Positions 1-13,653 of a DNA stretch of 64,000 nt are shown here, one piece after another. The stretch's first letter is position 1. The number at the start of each line of letters is the position of its first letter. The notes beneath the pieces were generated by a model. That model saw only the letters and a list, made by a program, of their open reading frames with translations. It was not told the DNA's origin and did no database searches. This stretch comes from Octopus vulgaris (Eukaryota), in the NCBI GenBank assembly GCA_951406725.2, contig OX597816.1:57970001-58034000 (forward strand), read 5' to 3'. A program made the translations under genes and the position numbers.

Positions 1-2699
1 GAGATTTTTATATTTTGTGTTTCAATTCTGCTGAGGTCAACTTTGCCTTTCATCCTCCGGGGGTTGATAAAAAAAAAAGTACTAATTAAGCACTGGGTTG
101 GATGTACCCTACTAGTCCCTTCCCACAAAATTTCAAGCTCTGGTTATTGGTACTTAATGTTCTGTGCCTGGAAAGAATAGTGAAATACAGTGTCAGATTC
201 TACAGGGAAAAGGAACCAAAAAGACACCACTGGAATGAAACGAAGTAGCAGTCAAATCAGCTCCCTCCAATTATAAACAACAAAAAAAAAAAAAGACATT
301 TTAAATCCTTTTAAAGGTATAAAATGTATTCTGGGATGTAATTATTTGAACTGGTGTCAATATTGACCCTGGGTAGGTTAAGCCAGTTCCAAGCCAACTG
401 TGTTCTCACAGACTCTCAATATTGTGATTGTCCACCAACTGAGATTCACAATGGCAGACAGTAGACACACAGGATTAAGTATTAAGATTAGACTTTATAT
501 CACTAATCCATGTTTTCAGCTAATTGCCACACCATTTACACCCTCATTTAATATCCACTTTCCATGTTTGCATGGGTTAGATGGAATTTGTTGGAGCAGA
601 TTGTTCTGTGGCGTCATGTAAAAGAAGCACACAGAAGAGGGTAATTTTTATGTGGCACCAGCACCAGAGAGGTCACCAAGTAACATGCAAGACAAAAACC
701 CTTAACTAAGAGAGGGAGTGGTATCGAGGGAGGTGGCTTTGAGCCAGGTTATGAGAGGTTAGACTGTGATAGAGGAACAGAAACAGGTGTTTTGCAGGTG
801 AGTAGAGATATTACAATCAAATCATGCACTTCATCTTGACTAATAACAAATAATAATAGCTACTGACCTGATTTTTTTCTGCTGTGCTGTGGTAGTCAGA
901 GCTGACTGATGACTTGAAAATCGATTGCTAAACGAGAAATAAATAAATCTATAAATTATATTTAACAGACAATAGGAGACATATTTCGTTAACTTTGGTG
1001 TTTAGAAAATTCTGTAATAGTGAAGACATCTTTATTATTAGGTAAAAAAAACCCCAACAAAAATGAACAGTAATTGGGCCTTGACTGTCATAGCCCTGGG
1101 CTATTAAATAACAGGCACAGGCATGGCTGTATGGTAAGAAGTCTGCTTTTCAACCAAATGGATACTTGCCCAAGGTGCTATTGCATGGCATCTTGGGCAA
1201 GTATCTTCATCTATAGCCTCAGGCCAACCAAAGCTTTGTGAGTGGATTTGGGAAAGGGAAACTGAAAGAAACCTGTTGTGTGTGTGTGTGTGTATATATA
1301 TATTGTTACGAAACCTGCCGTCGCTCAAACTCGAACCCGGGACCCTACTAAGTCGAGTGACGACGATTGACCAGCTCAGTCGAACGGGAATCCGCCACAG
1401 AAAGAGGAAACGGTGGTGGGGGATTGCAGCGAACTCGAACCGGTGATAACAACAACAACAACAGCAGGAAGAGATAGAGAGACGGCGGAAGGCAATTTGC
1501 TTACATTTAAGAACAGTTTATACAATTATTACATCAAATACAATGTGAAACATATCAGATACATTAAAGAAAATAACATGCAACAGAATCAAAAAGAAAA
1601 CAACAAAATCAATGCATTTAAACATAACTCGTCGTTCGAAAACAATCAAAGGCATGCACGATACAGAACGTCCGAAGCAATCAAAACAGTTCAAATTGAT
1701 GCAATATAGTTCGAAACAGTTCAACATTAAAGTCTTTCTCTTTCTTTCTTTTTCTCTCTCTTTTTCTTTTGACACAATTCTCTCTTTTGTTTTTAACAAT
1801 TCTTTTTTTCCTCTTTTTTCCTCAAGTGGTTGGCATTAGCAAGGGCATCCAATCACAGACAGTAGGAACCATGTCCAAGCAGACAGTTGAGCTTGGCACA
1901 GTCTCCTTGACTTGCCAGCTCAAACCGTCAAACTGGCCAATCCATGCCAACATGGAAAATGTATGTTAAATAATGATACATTTTCAACTAAAAACGCTGG
2001 ATATATCTGAGGAGAGAACATATCAGATAGTTAAAGGACATTTGGAATTTTACGTAATATACCTGGCCTACACCAGTGTCGCATAACCAGCCCACTCAAA
2101 AAGTACCTTGGATCATAGGGAGACAAGCTGTGTTTGAGGATATCTATTAAGTACATCAAAATCAATTCAAACCACAATCAAATGAAAACTGTAGTTATGG
2201 CTGATGCCAGCGCTGTCTGACTGGCTCCTTGTGCCAGTGGCACATAAAAAGCATCATCCGAACATGGTCGATGCCAACCCCACTCACCCCAACTGGCTCC
2301 TGTGCCGGTAGCATGTAAAAAGCACCATCTGAAAGTGGCCGATGCCAGTGCCACCTTGACTGGCTCCCATACCAGTGGCATGAAAAGCACCATTCAAATG
2401 TGGTCGATACCAGCTCCCTCTGTCGGTGGCACGTAAAAAGCACCCACTATACTCTTGGAGTAGTTGGTATTAAGAAGGGCATCCAGCTGCAGAAACACTG
2501 CCAGATCAGACTGGAGCCTGGTGTGGCCTCTTGGCTTCCCAGAGCCCAGTCGAACCGTCCAACCCATGACAGCATGATGATAATGACGATGATGACATCT
2601 GATGATAATGACGATGACATCTGATGTTCTTTTCAAAAGAATTGTAGTACTTAACGACTTCTCTCACCCCTGTATATACAGCTTATCTAAGGCTTGTTT

Positions 2700-3110
2700 G
2701 TCAACGCTACCCCTGGTAGTGCATAATGAAAAGCCTAAGTTAACCTGAATCTAAGAATTGAAGTAGTAGAAAGGCCAAGAACTCCCATAAAATTCCTGAT
2801 CAATAGATGTACAGAGGGACGATACAGAAACCCAACATATATTGGAGAGACAGCCCATAGCATAGGAGAGGATAGATCAGCAGTGAGAACATAAGAGAAA
2901 AACTTATCAAAGCTATACTGACATGGCAAACTAGAACACAGGGGTTTGCTAGATAACATAGAAGTTAAATCATATCCACACATAAAACAAACACTCAGAC
3001 AAATTATGGAGGCCACACACAAAATAGAGAGTAGTCCAAACCTCTAACAGAAAGCATGAAACATCCCTATCCCAAAACCTAATGGCTGAAGACAGAATAA
3101 GGGAACAGAA
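2700..3110 (+). mobile_element. Highly degenerate Penelope GIY-YIG remnant
   Basis: Conceptual translation includes VVERP...YIGETAHSIGE. Confidence 0.4.
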
Positions 3111-4875
3111 AAAGAAAATGGAGACACAAATATACACATATATATTCAGACGTATGACACACATGCACATGCCAAACACATAGACGTACACACAGTCAGA
3201 GACTCAATCATGAACAGTGATGCGTACCACATACAGACAAGATGGAGTGAGCAGAAAGAGAGGGAGACAAAGTGAAGAAAAACAAACTGTCATTGAAGAG
3301 GTTACAGAAGTAAAGATCTTTGACAAAATAACCAATAACAATAATAATAAAGCAGAAGTGAAAGTCAAACAGTGCATGTGTTTATTGGCAAAATGACCGT
3401 CCCCAAATATAGAAATATCTGTTTCAATACTGAAGTTCACATCAAGAATCTTAAAAGACAAACACATAAACGTGTGTGTGTGTATTTATATGCATATCTA
3501 CGATTTCACAGGGGAATGGGGTTAATCAGTACTTGTCAGGCACTTTATTTTATCAATCCCAAAAAGAAAGAAAGGAAAAGTTGATCACGGCAGGATTGGA
3601 ACTTAGCAGGCTGAGGCCTGGAGAAAAGATTTGCCACTAAGCATTTGTTTGACGCACTAACAATTCTGTGAGCTTTCTGCCCTGTGTATGCGTGTGTGTG
3701 AGTATGTGTGTGCGCACACGCATAAAACACAGTCACAGGTGTAAATCAGGCACTGAATGCTTACACACATGCACATACATATGTATACATCATCATCATC
3801 ATTTAACGTCCGCTTTCCATGCTAGCATGGGTTGGACGGTTCAACTGGGGTCTGGGAAGCAAGAAGGCTGCACCAGGCCCAGTCTGATCTGGCAGTGTTT
3901 CTACAGCTGGATGCCCCTCCTAACGCCAACTACTCTGTGAGTGTAGTGGGTGCTTTTTATGTGCCAGACGAGGCTGGCAAACGGCCACGATCGGATGGTG
4001 CTTTTTACGTGCCACCGGCACGGGGACCAGACGCAGCTGGCAATGGCCACAATCGGATGGTGCTTTTTACGTGCCACCGGCACAGAGGCCAGTCGGGCGG
4101 CGCTGGCTACGGCCACGTTCAGATGGTTCTCTTACGTGCCACCGGCACTGGTATCACAGCTACAAATTCCATTGATGTTGATAGATTACGATTTTGATTT
4201 TGACATGTAAAGAACAATCAACCCATTCATACAGATATACTCACCCACACTAACGTACGCAGAATCTACACCACAAACATATATAAATAAATCACACACA
4301 CACACACAGTCCTATTCTCAATCTACTTAAAAATACAGAAAACTGGGGCAAATACATCTTTGGCTGCTGGGATAAATTTAGTCATTTTCTCTATTTTTTT
4401 TCCTCTCTCTCTCTTTCTGAGTGTTGCACAGCCACACACACACAATATATTGTCGCTGTTATGCTAAACTGTTGGCTATCCAAATGGGTTTTTTCCCTTC
4501 CCAATATTTATTTTTTTACATGTAACAGCCAGTTCTTTTGGTCAAACTATATCTCCAGCTGCTTCAGATGCCAAGATATTAAAATCTGTTAAAGCTTTAG
4601 AAATATGACGTTATACATGTATGTATTTATTTACTCTCACTCTAACAGACACGAGGATTTTTAGTTGATAATCAAATTATGTGTTGCTCACATGAGTGTG
4701 TGTGTATATATATGTATGTATATACATGCATGTATGTATGTATATATATAGAATGGGAGAAAGCGCTAATAATCTGAATGATATGATATATATATGTAAA
4801 AAATGTAATATATAAATAAATATCTATAAATATGAACCATCCGATCTTCTGATTAACTCATTTCTTCTAATATAC

Positions 4876-4907
<32 letters not shown>

Positions 4908-5374
4908 ATAGGTTTGGTGATGTAAACATGAAAAATATAACTCAAAACATCAGTATATATATTCTTTTATTCTTTTACTTGTTTCAGTCATGGACTCTGG
5001 CTATGCTGGAGCACCGCCTTTAGTCGAGCAAACTGCCCCTGGGACTTATTCTTTGTAAGCCTAGTACTTATTTTATCGCTCACTTTTGCCAAACTGTTAA
5101 GTTATGGGGACACAAACACACCAGCATTGGTTGTCAAGTGATGTTGGTGGGAACAAACATAAGCACATACGTATATATATATGATGTGTTTCTTTCAGTT
5201 TCCGTCTTTGGTCGGCCCGAGGCTATAGTAGAAGACACTTGCCCAAAAGTGCCATGCAGTGGGACTAAACTGGGAACCATGTGGTTGGTAAGCAAGCTAC
5301 ATACCACACAGCCACTCCTGTGCATATATATATATTTGGTGATGTAAACATGAAAAATATAATTCAAAACATCG

Positions 5375-5408
<34 letters not shown>

Positions 5409-5448
5409 TTGGTGATGTAAACATGAAAAATATAATTCAAAACATCGA

Positions 5449-5481
<33 letters not shown>

Positions 5482-5520
5482 TTGGTGATGTAAACATGAA
5501 AAATATAATTCAAAACATCG

Positions 5521-5564
<44 letters not shown>

Positions 5565-5929
5565 TAATATATATATATATATATATTTTATCAAATCTAT
5601 TTTATTAATATCTAGCATAAGCAACTGAGTGTATTCGTGTATATATGTATGCGTATGCATGCGTGTGTATATATATATATACACACTTTTCTTGTTTGTT
5701 TACGTATTTATTTACCGAATGGCATAATGGGCAAACTACTTGACAAATACAAATTATCCACGTGACACTGAAATTGTTTTTAGAATTTGTTCCAGAACTA
5801 TCCAGGGAAATACCATTATCACTGGTGTATAAAATTATCACTGCTTGATTTGATGGTAAGTGCTAATGTTTGAAATTCCCAGCCTTTGAGTCATTCTGTT
5901 GCTTCTACTAAACATACATATATATTTTG

Positions 5930-6920
5930 AGCTTTGGGTCTCATGGAGCCAAAGTGGCTGAGTTCCTTTCAAGCTTTTGGCCTCACAGAAGCAAAGGTGC
6001 CAAGTTCTTTTTGAGTGTTGGGCCTCACAGAGGCAAAGTGGCTGAGTTTCTTTCAAGCATTGGGCCTCATGGTGGCAAAGTGGCTGAGTTCCTTTCGAGT
6101 GTTGGGCCTCATGGAGGCAAAGTGGTTGGGTTCCTTTCAAGCATTGGGCCTCATAGAGGCAAAGTGGTTGAGTTTCTTTCAAGCATTGGGCCTCATGGTG
6201 GCAAAGTGGTTGGGTTCCTTTCAAGCATTGGCCTCATGGAGGCAAAGTGGTTGGGTTCCTTTCAAGCATTAGGCCTCATGGAGGCAAAGTGGCTGAGTTC
6301 CTTTCAAGCATTGGGCCTCATGGAGGCAAAGTGGCTGAGTTCCTTTCAAGCATTGGGCCTCATGGAGGCAAAGTGGTTGAGTTCCTTTCAAGCATTGGGC
6401 CTCATGGAGGCAAAGTGGTTGGGTTCCTTTCAAGCATTGGGCCTCATGGAGGCAAAGTGGCTGAGTTCCTTTCAAGCATTGGACCTCATGGAGGCAAAGT
6501 GGCTGAGTTCCTTTCAAGCATTAGGCCTCATGGAGGCAAAGTGGCTGAGTTCCTTTCAAGTATTGGGCCTCATGGAGGCAAAGTGGCTGAGTTCCTTTCA
6601 AGCATTAGGCCTCATGGAGGCAAAGTGGCTGAGTTCCTTTCAAGTATTGGGCCTCATGGAGGCAAAGTGGCTGAGTTCCTTTCAAGCGTTGGGCCTCATG
6701 GAAGCAAAGTGGTTGGGTTCCTTTCAAGCATTAGGCCTCATGGAGGCAAAGTGGCTGAGTTCCTTTCAAGCATTGGGCCTCATGGAGGCAAAGTGGCTGA
6801 GTTCTTTTCGAGCATTGGGCCTCATGGAGATGAGGTGCCCGAGTTCCTTTTGCATCTTGGGCCTCACGGAGGCAAAGTGGCTGAGTTTCTTTCAAGCGTT
6901 GGGCCCCATGGAGGCAATGA
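5930..6920 (+). repeat. 42-bp minisatellite, ~23 copies
   Basis: Unit GGGCCTCATGGAGGCAAAGTGGCTGAGTTCCTTTCAAGCATT. Confidence 0.95.
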
Positions 6921-8033
6921 CTAAGACCTTTGGCGTTATGTCGCACTTGAAAAGTGGTGAGCTGGCAGAAACGTTAGCACGCTGGGTGAAATGCTTAGTG
7001 ATATTTCATCTGTCTTTACATTCCGAGTTCAAATTCCGCCGAGGCTGACTTTAGCTTTCATCCTTTCGGGGCTGATAAATTAAGTACCAGTTGCATACTG
7101 GGGTCGATCTAATCAACTGGACGCCTCCCACAAAATTTTGGGCCTTGTGCTTAGAGTAGAAAAGACTATGTTGTGCTTGAGAAGAAGACCCATCAAACTG
7201 AGCAAAATTGCAAGATTGCAGCCATATTAGTGTCATAAAAATTGGCATGTAAATGCACCCTGGTGCCATGCAAATGGCACCTGTGCCGGTGGCATGTAAA
7301 AGAACCATTATACTCTTGGAGTGGTTGGCATTAGAAAGGCCATCCAGCCATAGAAAACTATGCCAAATCAGAGTGGAGTCTGGGGCAGCATCCCAGCCTT
7401 GGTCAAGACATCCAACTTATGCCAGCATGGACAGCGGACGTTAAATGATGAAGACGATACATATGCAAACACACACATGTAAACATATAACATGATGCAG
7501 GAGTGGCTGTGTGGTAAGAAGCTTGCTTCCTAACCATATGGTTCTGGGTTCAGTTCCACTGCATGGCACCTTGGGCAAATGTCTTCTACTAAAACCTTGG
7601 GCTGACCAAAGCCTTGTGAGTGGATTTAGTAGATGGAAACTGAAAGAAGCCTGTCATATGTATATGTATGTATGCATTTGTGTGTCTGTGTTTGTCCCCC
7701 CCAACCATCGTTTGACAACCTATGTTGGTGTGTTTATGACCCCGTAACTTAGTGGTTTGGCAAAAGAGCCCGATAGAAGGAGTTCTAGACTTACAAAGGA
7801 TAAGTCCTGAGGTTGATTTGTTCGACTAAAAGTAAAAGAGTAAAAGAAAGACATGTATGATTACACATACCTGTAATACACTCCTGCATTAAATGTAACA
7901 CTCAGAAAGATATAGGACAAAACAGTGAAGGGTTACCTCAGGATTTTGAAATTCATGGGGGAGGTGACAAAGAACCAGGATGAAAGTCTGAAAGCACAAT
8001 ATGTGTGTGTGTTTGTGTGGGTACGGCAGTGTG

Positions 8034-8885
8034 CTGGCAGAAACGTTAGCGCGCCGGGGAGACATGCTTAGCGGTATTTCGTTTGGCTGAGTTCAAATTC
8101 CATCGAGGTCGAATTTGCCTTTCATCCTTTTGGGGTCGATAAATTAAGAACTAGTTACGTACCGGGTTCGATTTAATCGATTGCCTCCCCTCCTCCAAAA
8201 TTTCGGGCCTTGTGCTTAGAATAGGAAAGAATGTTTACAGTTGTAAGGCGGCGAGCTGGCAGAAACGTTAGCGCACCGGGCGAAATGCTTAGCGGTATTT
8301 CGTCTGTCGCAACGTTGTGAGTTCAAATTTCGCCAAGGTCGACTTTGCCTTTCATCCTTTCGGAGTCAATAAATTAAGTACCAGTTACGCACTGGGATCG
8401 ATGTAATCGACTTAATACTTATGTCTGTCCTTGTTTGTCCCCTCTATGTTTAGCCCCTAGTGGGTAATAAAGAAATTGGTATTTCATCTGTCTTTTTGCT
8501 CTGAGTTCAAATTCCGCCGAGGTCGAATTTGCCTTTCATCCTTTCAGGGTCGATAAATTAAGAACCAGTTATGTACTGGGGTCGATTTAATCGATTGCCT
8601 CCCCTCCTCCAAAATTTCAGGCCTTGTGCTTAGAAAAGGAAAGAATGTTTACAGGTGTAAGGCGGTGAGCTGGCAGAAACGCTAGCGCGCCGGGCAAAAT
8701 GCTTAGCGGTATTTCGTCTGTCGCAACGTTGTGAGTTCAAATTTCGCCGAGGTCGACTTTGCCTTTCATCCATTCGGGGTCAATAAATTAAGTACCAGTT
8801 GCGCACTGGGGTCGATCTAATCGACTGGCACCCCCCCCCCCAAAAAAAAATTTCAGCCCTTGTACCTAGAGTAGAAAAGAATATG
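8034..8885 (+). mobile_element. Tandem cluster of a second SINE family carrying a Nin-domain-like motif
   Basis: GAGTTCAAATTCCGCCGAGGTCGACTTTGCCTTTCATCCTTTCGGGGTCGATAAATTAAGTACCAG occurs 4 times. Also at ~20-140, 6953-7163, 15970-16200(-), 27500-27705 and 42753-43325. Confidence 0.75.
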
Positions 8886-8952
8886 TGTGTGTATAAACAT
8901 TGCACTGGCAAACATATTTTATTGAATAATATCAGGCATTTGATTCTAGTAC

Positions 8953-9233
8953 AGTTCTATATTTCAGAGATGAGGAATTATTTACATTATTTACATTTGA
9001 CGGATATTTGCTCTCATCTTGTTTGTTGTTAAAACAACATTTCGGCTGATATACCCTCCAGCCTTCATTAGGTGTCTTAGGGAAATTTCAAACCTGGGTT
9101 CTCATTCCTAAAGTATTTTTCAATGTTGTTATTTTTATTATTATTTAGGTCACTGCTTGGAATCGAACTCGGAGTAGTGGTTAAGTGTGCGGGCTACTAA
9201 CCCCAAGATTCCGAGTTCAATTCCAGGCAGTGA

Positions 9234-9265
<32 letters not shown>

Positions 9266-9427
9266 GTAATAATAATAGTAATAATAAAAAAAATACCTTA
9301 GGAATGAGAACCCAGGTTTGACATTTCCCCAAAACACTTAATGAAGGCTGGAGTGTATATCAGCCGAAACGGTGTGTTAACAACAAACAAGATGAGGACA
9401 AATATCTGTCAAATGTAAATAATGTAC
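8953..9427. mobile_element. Palindromic tRNA-head/hammerhead element, copy 1
   Basis: Two inverted arms; TSD ttgattctag(t/g)ac at 8940-8952 and 9428-9440. Confidence 0.85.
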
Positions 9428-9719
9428 TTGATTCTAGGACTAAAAATTTAAGTTGGGTTAAACGATGATGATGATTAAGTGTATGGTAGTGATAATGTTT
9501 ACATTACTATGATGCTTTGAGCACAAAATTTGAATATACACACACGCACGTGTATTTGAACAAGTGCTAACCTTATCCAATTTCCTCTTCAAGGCATCCA
9601 GACCACTCATCATTTCTTTAACTGCATATTTCACCAGCTTTTCTTTGATATCACTTATCTTTCTCACATCCCCAAACAATTTCACTTGCTATCCACTCCA
9701 CATTCTTAATAATGTCTCT

Positions 9720-9997
9720 GTGTAACCTCTCGAAAGAGCTGTTCTTCACTCCTGCTCCAGAGCGTTGGCTGCGGGGTCATTCCGAAAAGCTCTATCTGCG
9801 ACGATTTCATCTCAATTGAAGGAGAGGGGCTTTCAACATCAGGGTTGCGGATCTGTGGAATAAGCTGCCGACGACCGCTCGGTTCAAAGTCTCTCTTGAC
9901 CTCAAGTGGCCTGAACTCTTTACATGAACACCACCCTGTACATAACTACATGGCCTTGCTTTTTGAGCCAAAAAATTAACTAACTAACTAACTAACT
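9720..9997 (+). mobile_element. 3' fragment of a second CR1-type LINE
   Basis: RVADLWNKLP...FKVSLDLKW coding remnant followed by a (TAAC)n tail. Confidence 0.6.
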
Positions 9998-10319
9998 ATC
10001 CATATTTTACATTGATCATTCTTCTGAGTCACCAAATTATCTCTCCTTGGGTCTTAGTCTTGTAGGCAATCTCATAGCTGCTGGGACCACACAGAAAGGC
10101 ACCCAGTACATGCTGTAAAGTGGTTGGCATCTCAAGAAAGGCATCCAGCCACAAAAACCATAACCAAAGCAGGCATTGGAGCATAGTTCTCTGATTTGTT
10201 GAAGCCTTTCAAACTGTTCAACCCATGAAAGCATGGAATATCAGGCATTAAATGAATGATTATATACAATAGACACATACAAATATAAATAAATACTAAT
10301 ACAAATTGCATCACAATGC

Positions 10320-10740
10320 ACACACACAGACAATATACATACACAAATAATACACACACTCACAGACACACAGACCTATTACAACACATATGCACACACA
10401 GACAATATACATACACAAATACACATACACACACAGAGACAATATACATACACAAATAATACACATACACACACAGAGACAATATACATACACAAATAAT
10501 ACACACACACACAAACAATATACATACACAAATAATACACATACACACACACAGACAATACACACGCACAAATAATACACACACACACACACAATTCACA
10601 TGCACACAGACCTATTACAACACATACACACACAGACAATATACATACACAAATAATACACACACAATATACATACACAAATAATACACACACTCACACA
10701 GACCTATTACAACTCATACACAAATAATACACACACGCAC
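10320..10740. repeat. Compound CA-rich minisatellite (~40-bp unit)
   Basis: CACACAGACAATATACATACACAAATAATACACAC recurring. Confidence 0.8.
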
Positions 10741-10956
10741 GCAGACATAATATATAGACAGACAAAAGACACACACACACAGACTAAAACACTTACATAG
10801 ATAAACCACACACACACGCATAAGTGTTTACTAGCATTAGGAAAAGCCCATTTTTATTTTTAGTTTACTTTCACTTTCAGGTTTTTAGCTCTGGGATTTA
10901 TAGACGCACACACACACGCACACTGAGAGTTGTATACATGTATTCCACATCTAAAG

Positions 10957-11001
<45 letters not shown>

Positions 11002-11165
11002 ATGTATTCATCATGATATCTTTCTCACTTTCTCCAGTGTTTATACACACTATGTTATATTTGGCATTTTCTCATTGGTAGTTATAAATATATCCTTTCT
11101 TTCTTCTCTCTCTCTTTCTTCCTCACACAAATTACACACAAATTACAAACATTGTGTGTATACAT

Positions 11166-11580
11166 AGGCGCAGGAGTGGCTGTGTGGTAAGTAGCTTGCT
11201 AACCAACCACATGGTTCCGGGTTCAGTCGCACTGCGTGGCATCTTGGGCAAGTGTCTTCTGCTATAGCCTCAGGCCGACCAAAGCCTTGTGAGTGGATTT
11301 GGTATACGGAAACTGAAAGAAGCCTGTCGTATATATGTATATATATATATATATGTGTGTATATATGTTTGTGTGTCTGTGCTTGTCCCTCTAGCATTGC
11401 TTAACAACCGATGCTGGTGTGTTTACGTCCCCGTCACTTAGCGGTTCGGCAAAAGAGACCGATAGAATAAGTACTGGGCTTACAAAGAATAAGTCCCGGG
11501 GTCGATTTGCTCGACTAAAGGCGGTGCTCCAGCATGGCCGCAGTCAAATGACTGAAACAAGTAAAAAGAAAAAGAAAAGA
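11166..11580 (+). mobile_element. tRNA-derived SINE with CORE-like segment, internal (TA/TG)n and CR1-like 3' end (representative copy)
   Basis: A/B boxes TGGCTGTGTGG and GGTTCAGTC; (A)CCTTGGGCAAGTG. Other copies lie near 4965-5325(-), 7497-7850, 21062-21750, 28395-28750(-), 29492-29882(-), 34500-34707(-), 38390-38765, 46057-46443, 51575-51996(-), 52063-52230 plus 57420-57635, and 58389-58848. Confidence 0.85.
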
Positions 11581-12624
11581 AAAATACGTACATCATCATC
11601 ATTTAACGTCCATTTTTCATAAGTTGGATAGTCTGGCGAGAACTGACAAGCCTCAGGAATGTCCGAGGCTCTACTGGCCGTTTAGGCATAGTTTTTATGG
11701 CCAGATGTCTGGTACAGCCTTCTGGCTTGCCAGCCCTCAGTCAGCCCTTCCAACGCATGCCAGCAGAGTGTACTAGTGGGATTTTACATGGCACAGCACC
11801 AGTGGGGTCACTAGACAGCTTGCAAGACAGGACAAAGTACCCTTGCCTGGGGGTGGTATTGAGGGAGATGGTTTTGTGCCAGTCGATGAGGGATTAAAAA
11901 AGTTTAATGGGGGAGAGAGAGAGAGAGAGGGAAATAGGAGTCTTGCTGTAGAAGAGACACAAGGAGATCCCAGCTGGAGAAGGGAGGAAAGATTTAGAAA
12001 GATAGAGAGAGAGTGAGAGAGATAGTGTCAGGACATACCTTTAAAGTCGTAAATATATATATATATTAAATTAGAGATAAAATCACTATTAAGCAAATCA
12101 AACAGTGTAAAACATAAACCAAAACATAGAAATAAAATTAATTAATATAATATACAAAATATATAAAATATAAAATTCAAATTTAAATTATTTAAATTTA
12201 AAGTTAAAAATTTTAAAATTAAAAAAATTTTTTAAATTATTAATTTATACTTATAAATTTATATATAAATATTTTTTATTATTTTTTATTTATTTAATTA
12301 TTTATTTATTTAAATTTTTTTATTTTATTTTATTTTTTTTTTGCTGTAGTTTCAGCTCATAGCTGTGGCCATGCTGATATATATCATTTAACGTCTGCTT
12401 TCCATGCTGGCATGGGTTGGATGGTTTGACTTAGGACTGGCAAGCTAGGAAGCTGCACCAGGCTCCAATTTGATTTAGCATGGTTTCTACAGTTGGATGT
12501 CCTTCCTAACACCAACCACTCCAAGAGTGTAGCAGGTGCTTTTTACATGCCACCAGCACAGGAGCTAGTCAGGCAGCACTGGCATAGGCCATGCACGAAT
12601 GGTAGTTTTTACTTGCTACTGGCA

Positions 12625-12800
12625 TTAGCCATGGCTACAACTACAACAGGCATTGGCCACAACTACAACTGGCATTGGCCACAACTACAACTGGCATTGG
12701 CCACAACTACAACTGGCATTGGCCACAACTACAACTGGCATTGGCCACAACTACAACTGGCATTGGCCACAACTACAACTGGTATTGGCCACAACTACAA
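12625..12800. repeat. 22-bp minisatellite (~8 copies)
   Basis: AACTACAACTGGCATTGGCCAC repeated at the end of an RTE-tail copy. Confidence 0.9.
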
Positions 12801-13330
12801 TCTTGTTCTGTTCATAGGAGGTGGTTCCTCTGTTTATACAGCTTCACCAGGCAGGACAATCTTGTGCTTGTGTTTCCCAGGTGTCAGGGTTGATCCCAAA
12901 GCTCTTCAGTGAGGCTTTGAGTGTGTCCATGAAGTGCTTCTTTTTGTCCACCTTGCATGTGCTTGTGTTCCATCAGTTTGCTATAAAACAGTTTCTTGGG
13001 GAGTTGTGTGTCAGGCATTCAAACAAAGTGGTCTGCTCACCTTATCTGTGCTCTCCTCAGCAGTATATAAATCCTTTGCAAATCAGCTCAAGAGAGAACC
13101 TCCATATCTGAGACCCTGCCTTGCCAAGTGATTTTCTATAGATTTCTTAGGCAGTTCATATGGTAGTGCTTTAGCTTCTCGCAGGTGTATAGTAGCATGG
13201 CCAGTACAACTGCTTGGTACACCTTCAACTTGGTGGCCAGCCTAATAATTCTCTTCTCCCACATTGATTCACATAGCCACCCAAATGCTGAGTTCCCCTT
13301 GGTGATGTATGCATCAACTTCATTGTCAAT

Positions 13331-13621
13331 TATTTACATTTGACAGATATTTGTCCTCATCTTTATTGTTAACAACATTTCAGCTGATATACCCTTCAGT
13401 CTTCATCAGGTGTCTAGGGGAAATTTCGAACCTGGGTTTTCATCCCTGAGGTATTTTTCGATATTATTATTATTATTATTCAGGTCACTGCCTAGAATCG
13501 AACTCGGAATCTTGGGGTTAGTAGCCCATGCACTTAACCACTACGCCCACGGGCATATGGCATAGTGGTTAAGAGCACAGGCTACTAACCCTAAGATTCC
13601 GAGTTCGATTCCAGGCAGTGA

Positions 13622-13653
<32 letters not shown>

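Noticed and set aside
1304-1798. Solo LTR (TGTT...AACA)
   Set aside because: No target-site duplication and the right boundary is ambiguous.
4529-4608. Plus-strand terminal exon candidate (SSFGQTISPAASDAKILKSVKALEI*)
   Set aside because: Isolated, with no homology and no partner exons found.
5927-7048. 373-aa repetitive ORF (ALGLMEAKWLSSFQ)n as a host gene or CRISPR-like array
   Set aside because: It is a 42-bp tandem repeat with no unique spacers, open in several frames only because 42 is a multiple of 3 and the unit lacks stops; it derives from RTE sequence.
9571-9690. Helical-looking ORF KLFGDVRKISDIKEKLVKY... as FANCA exon 17
   Set aside because: No polypyrimidine acceptor and no similarity to the expected FANCA sequence.
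13551-13625. tRNA gene
   Set aside because: It has A/B boxes but no proper acceptor stem and is the head of a repeated mobile element.
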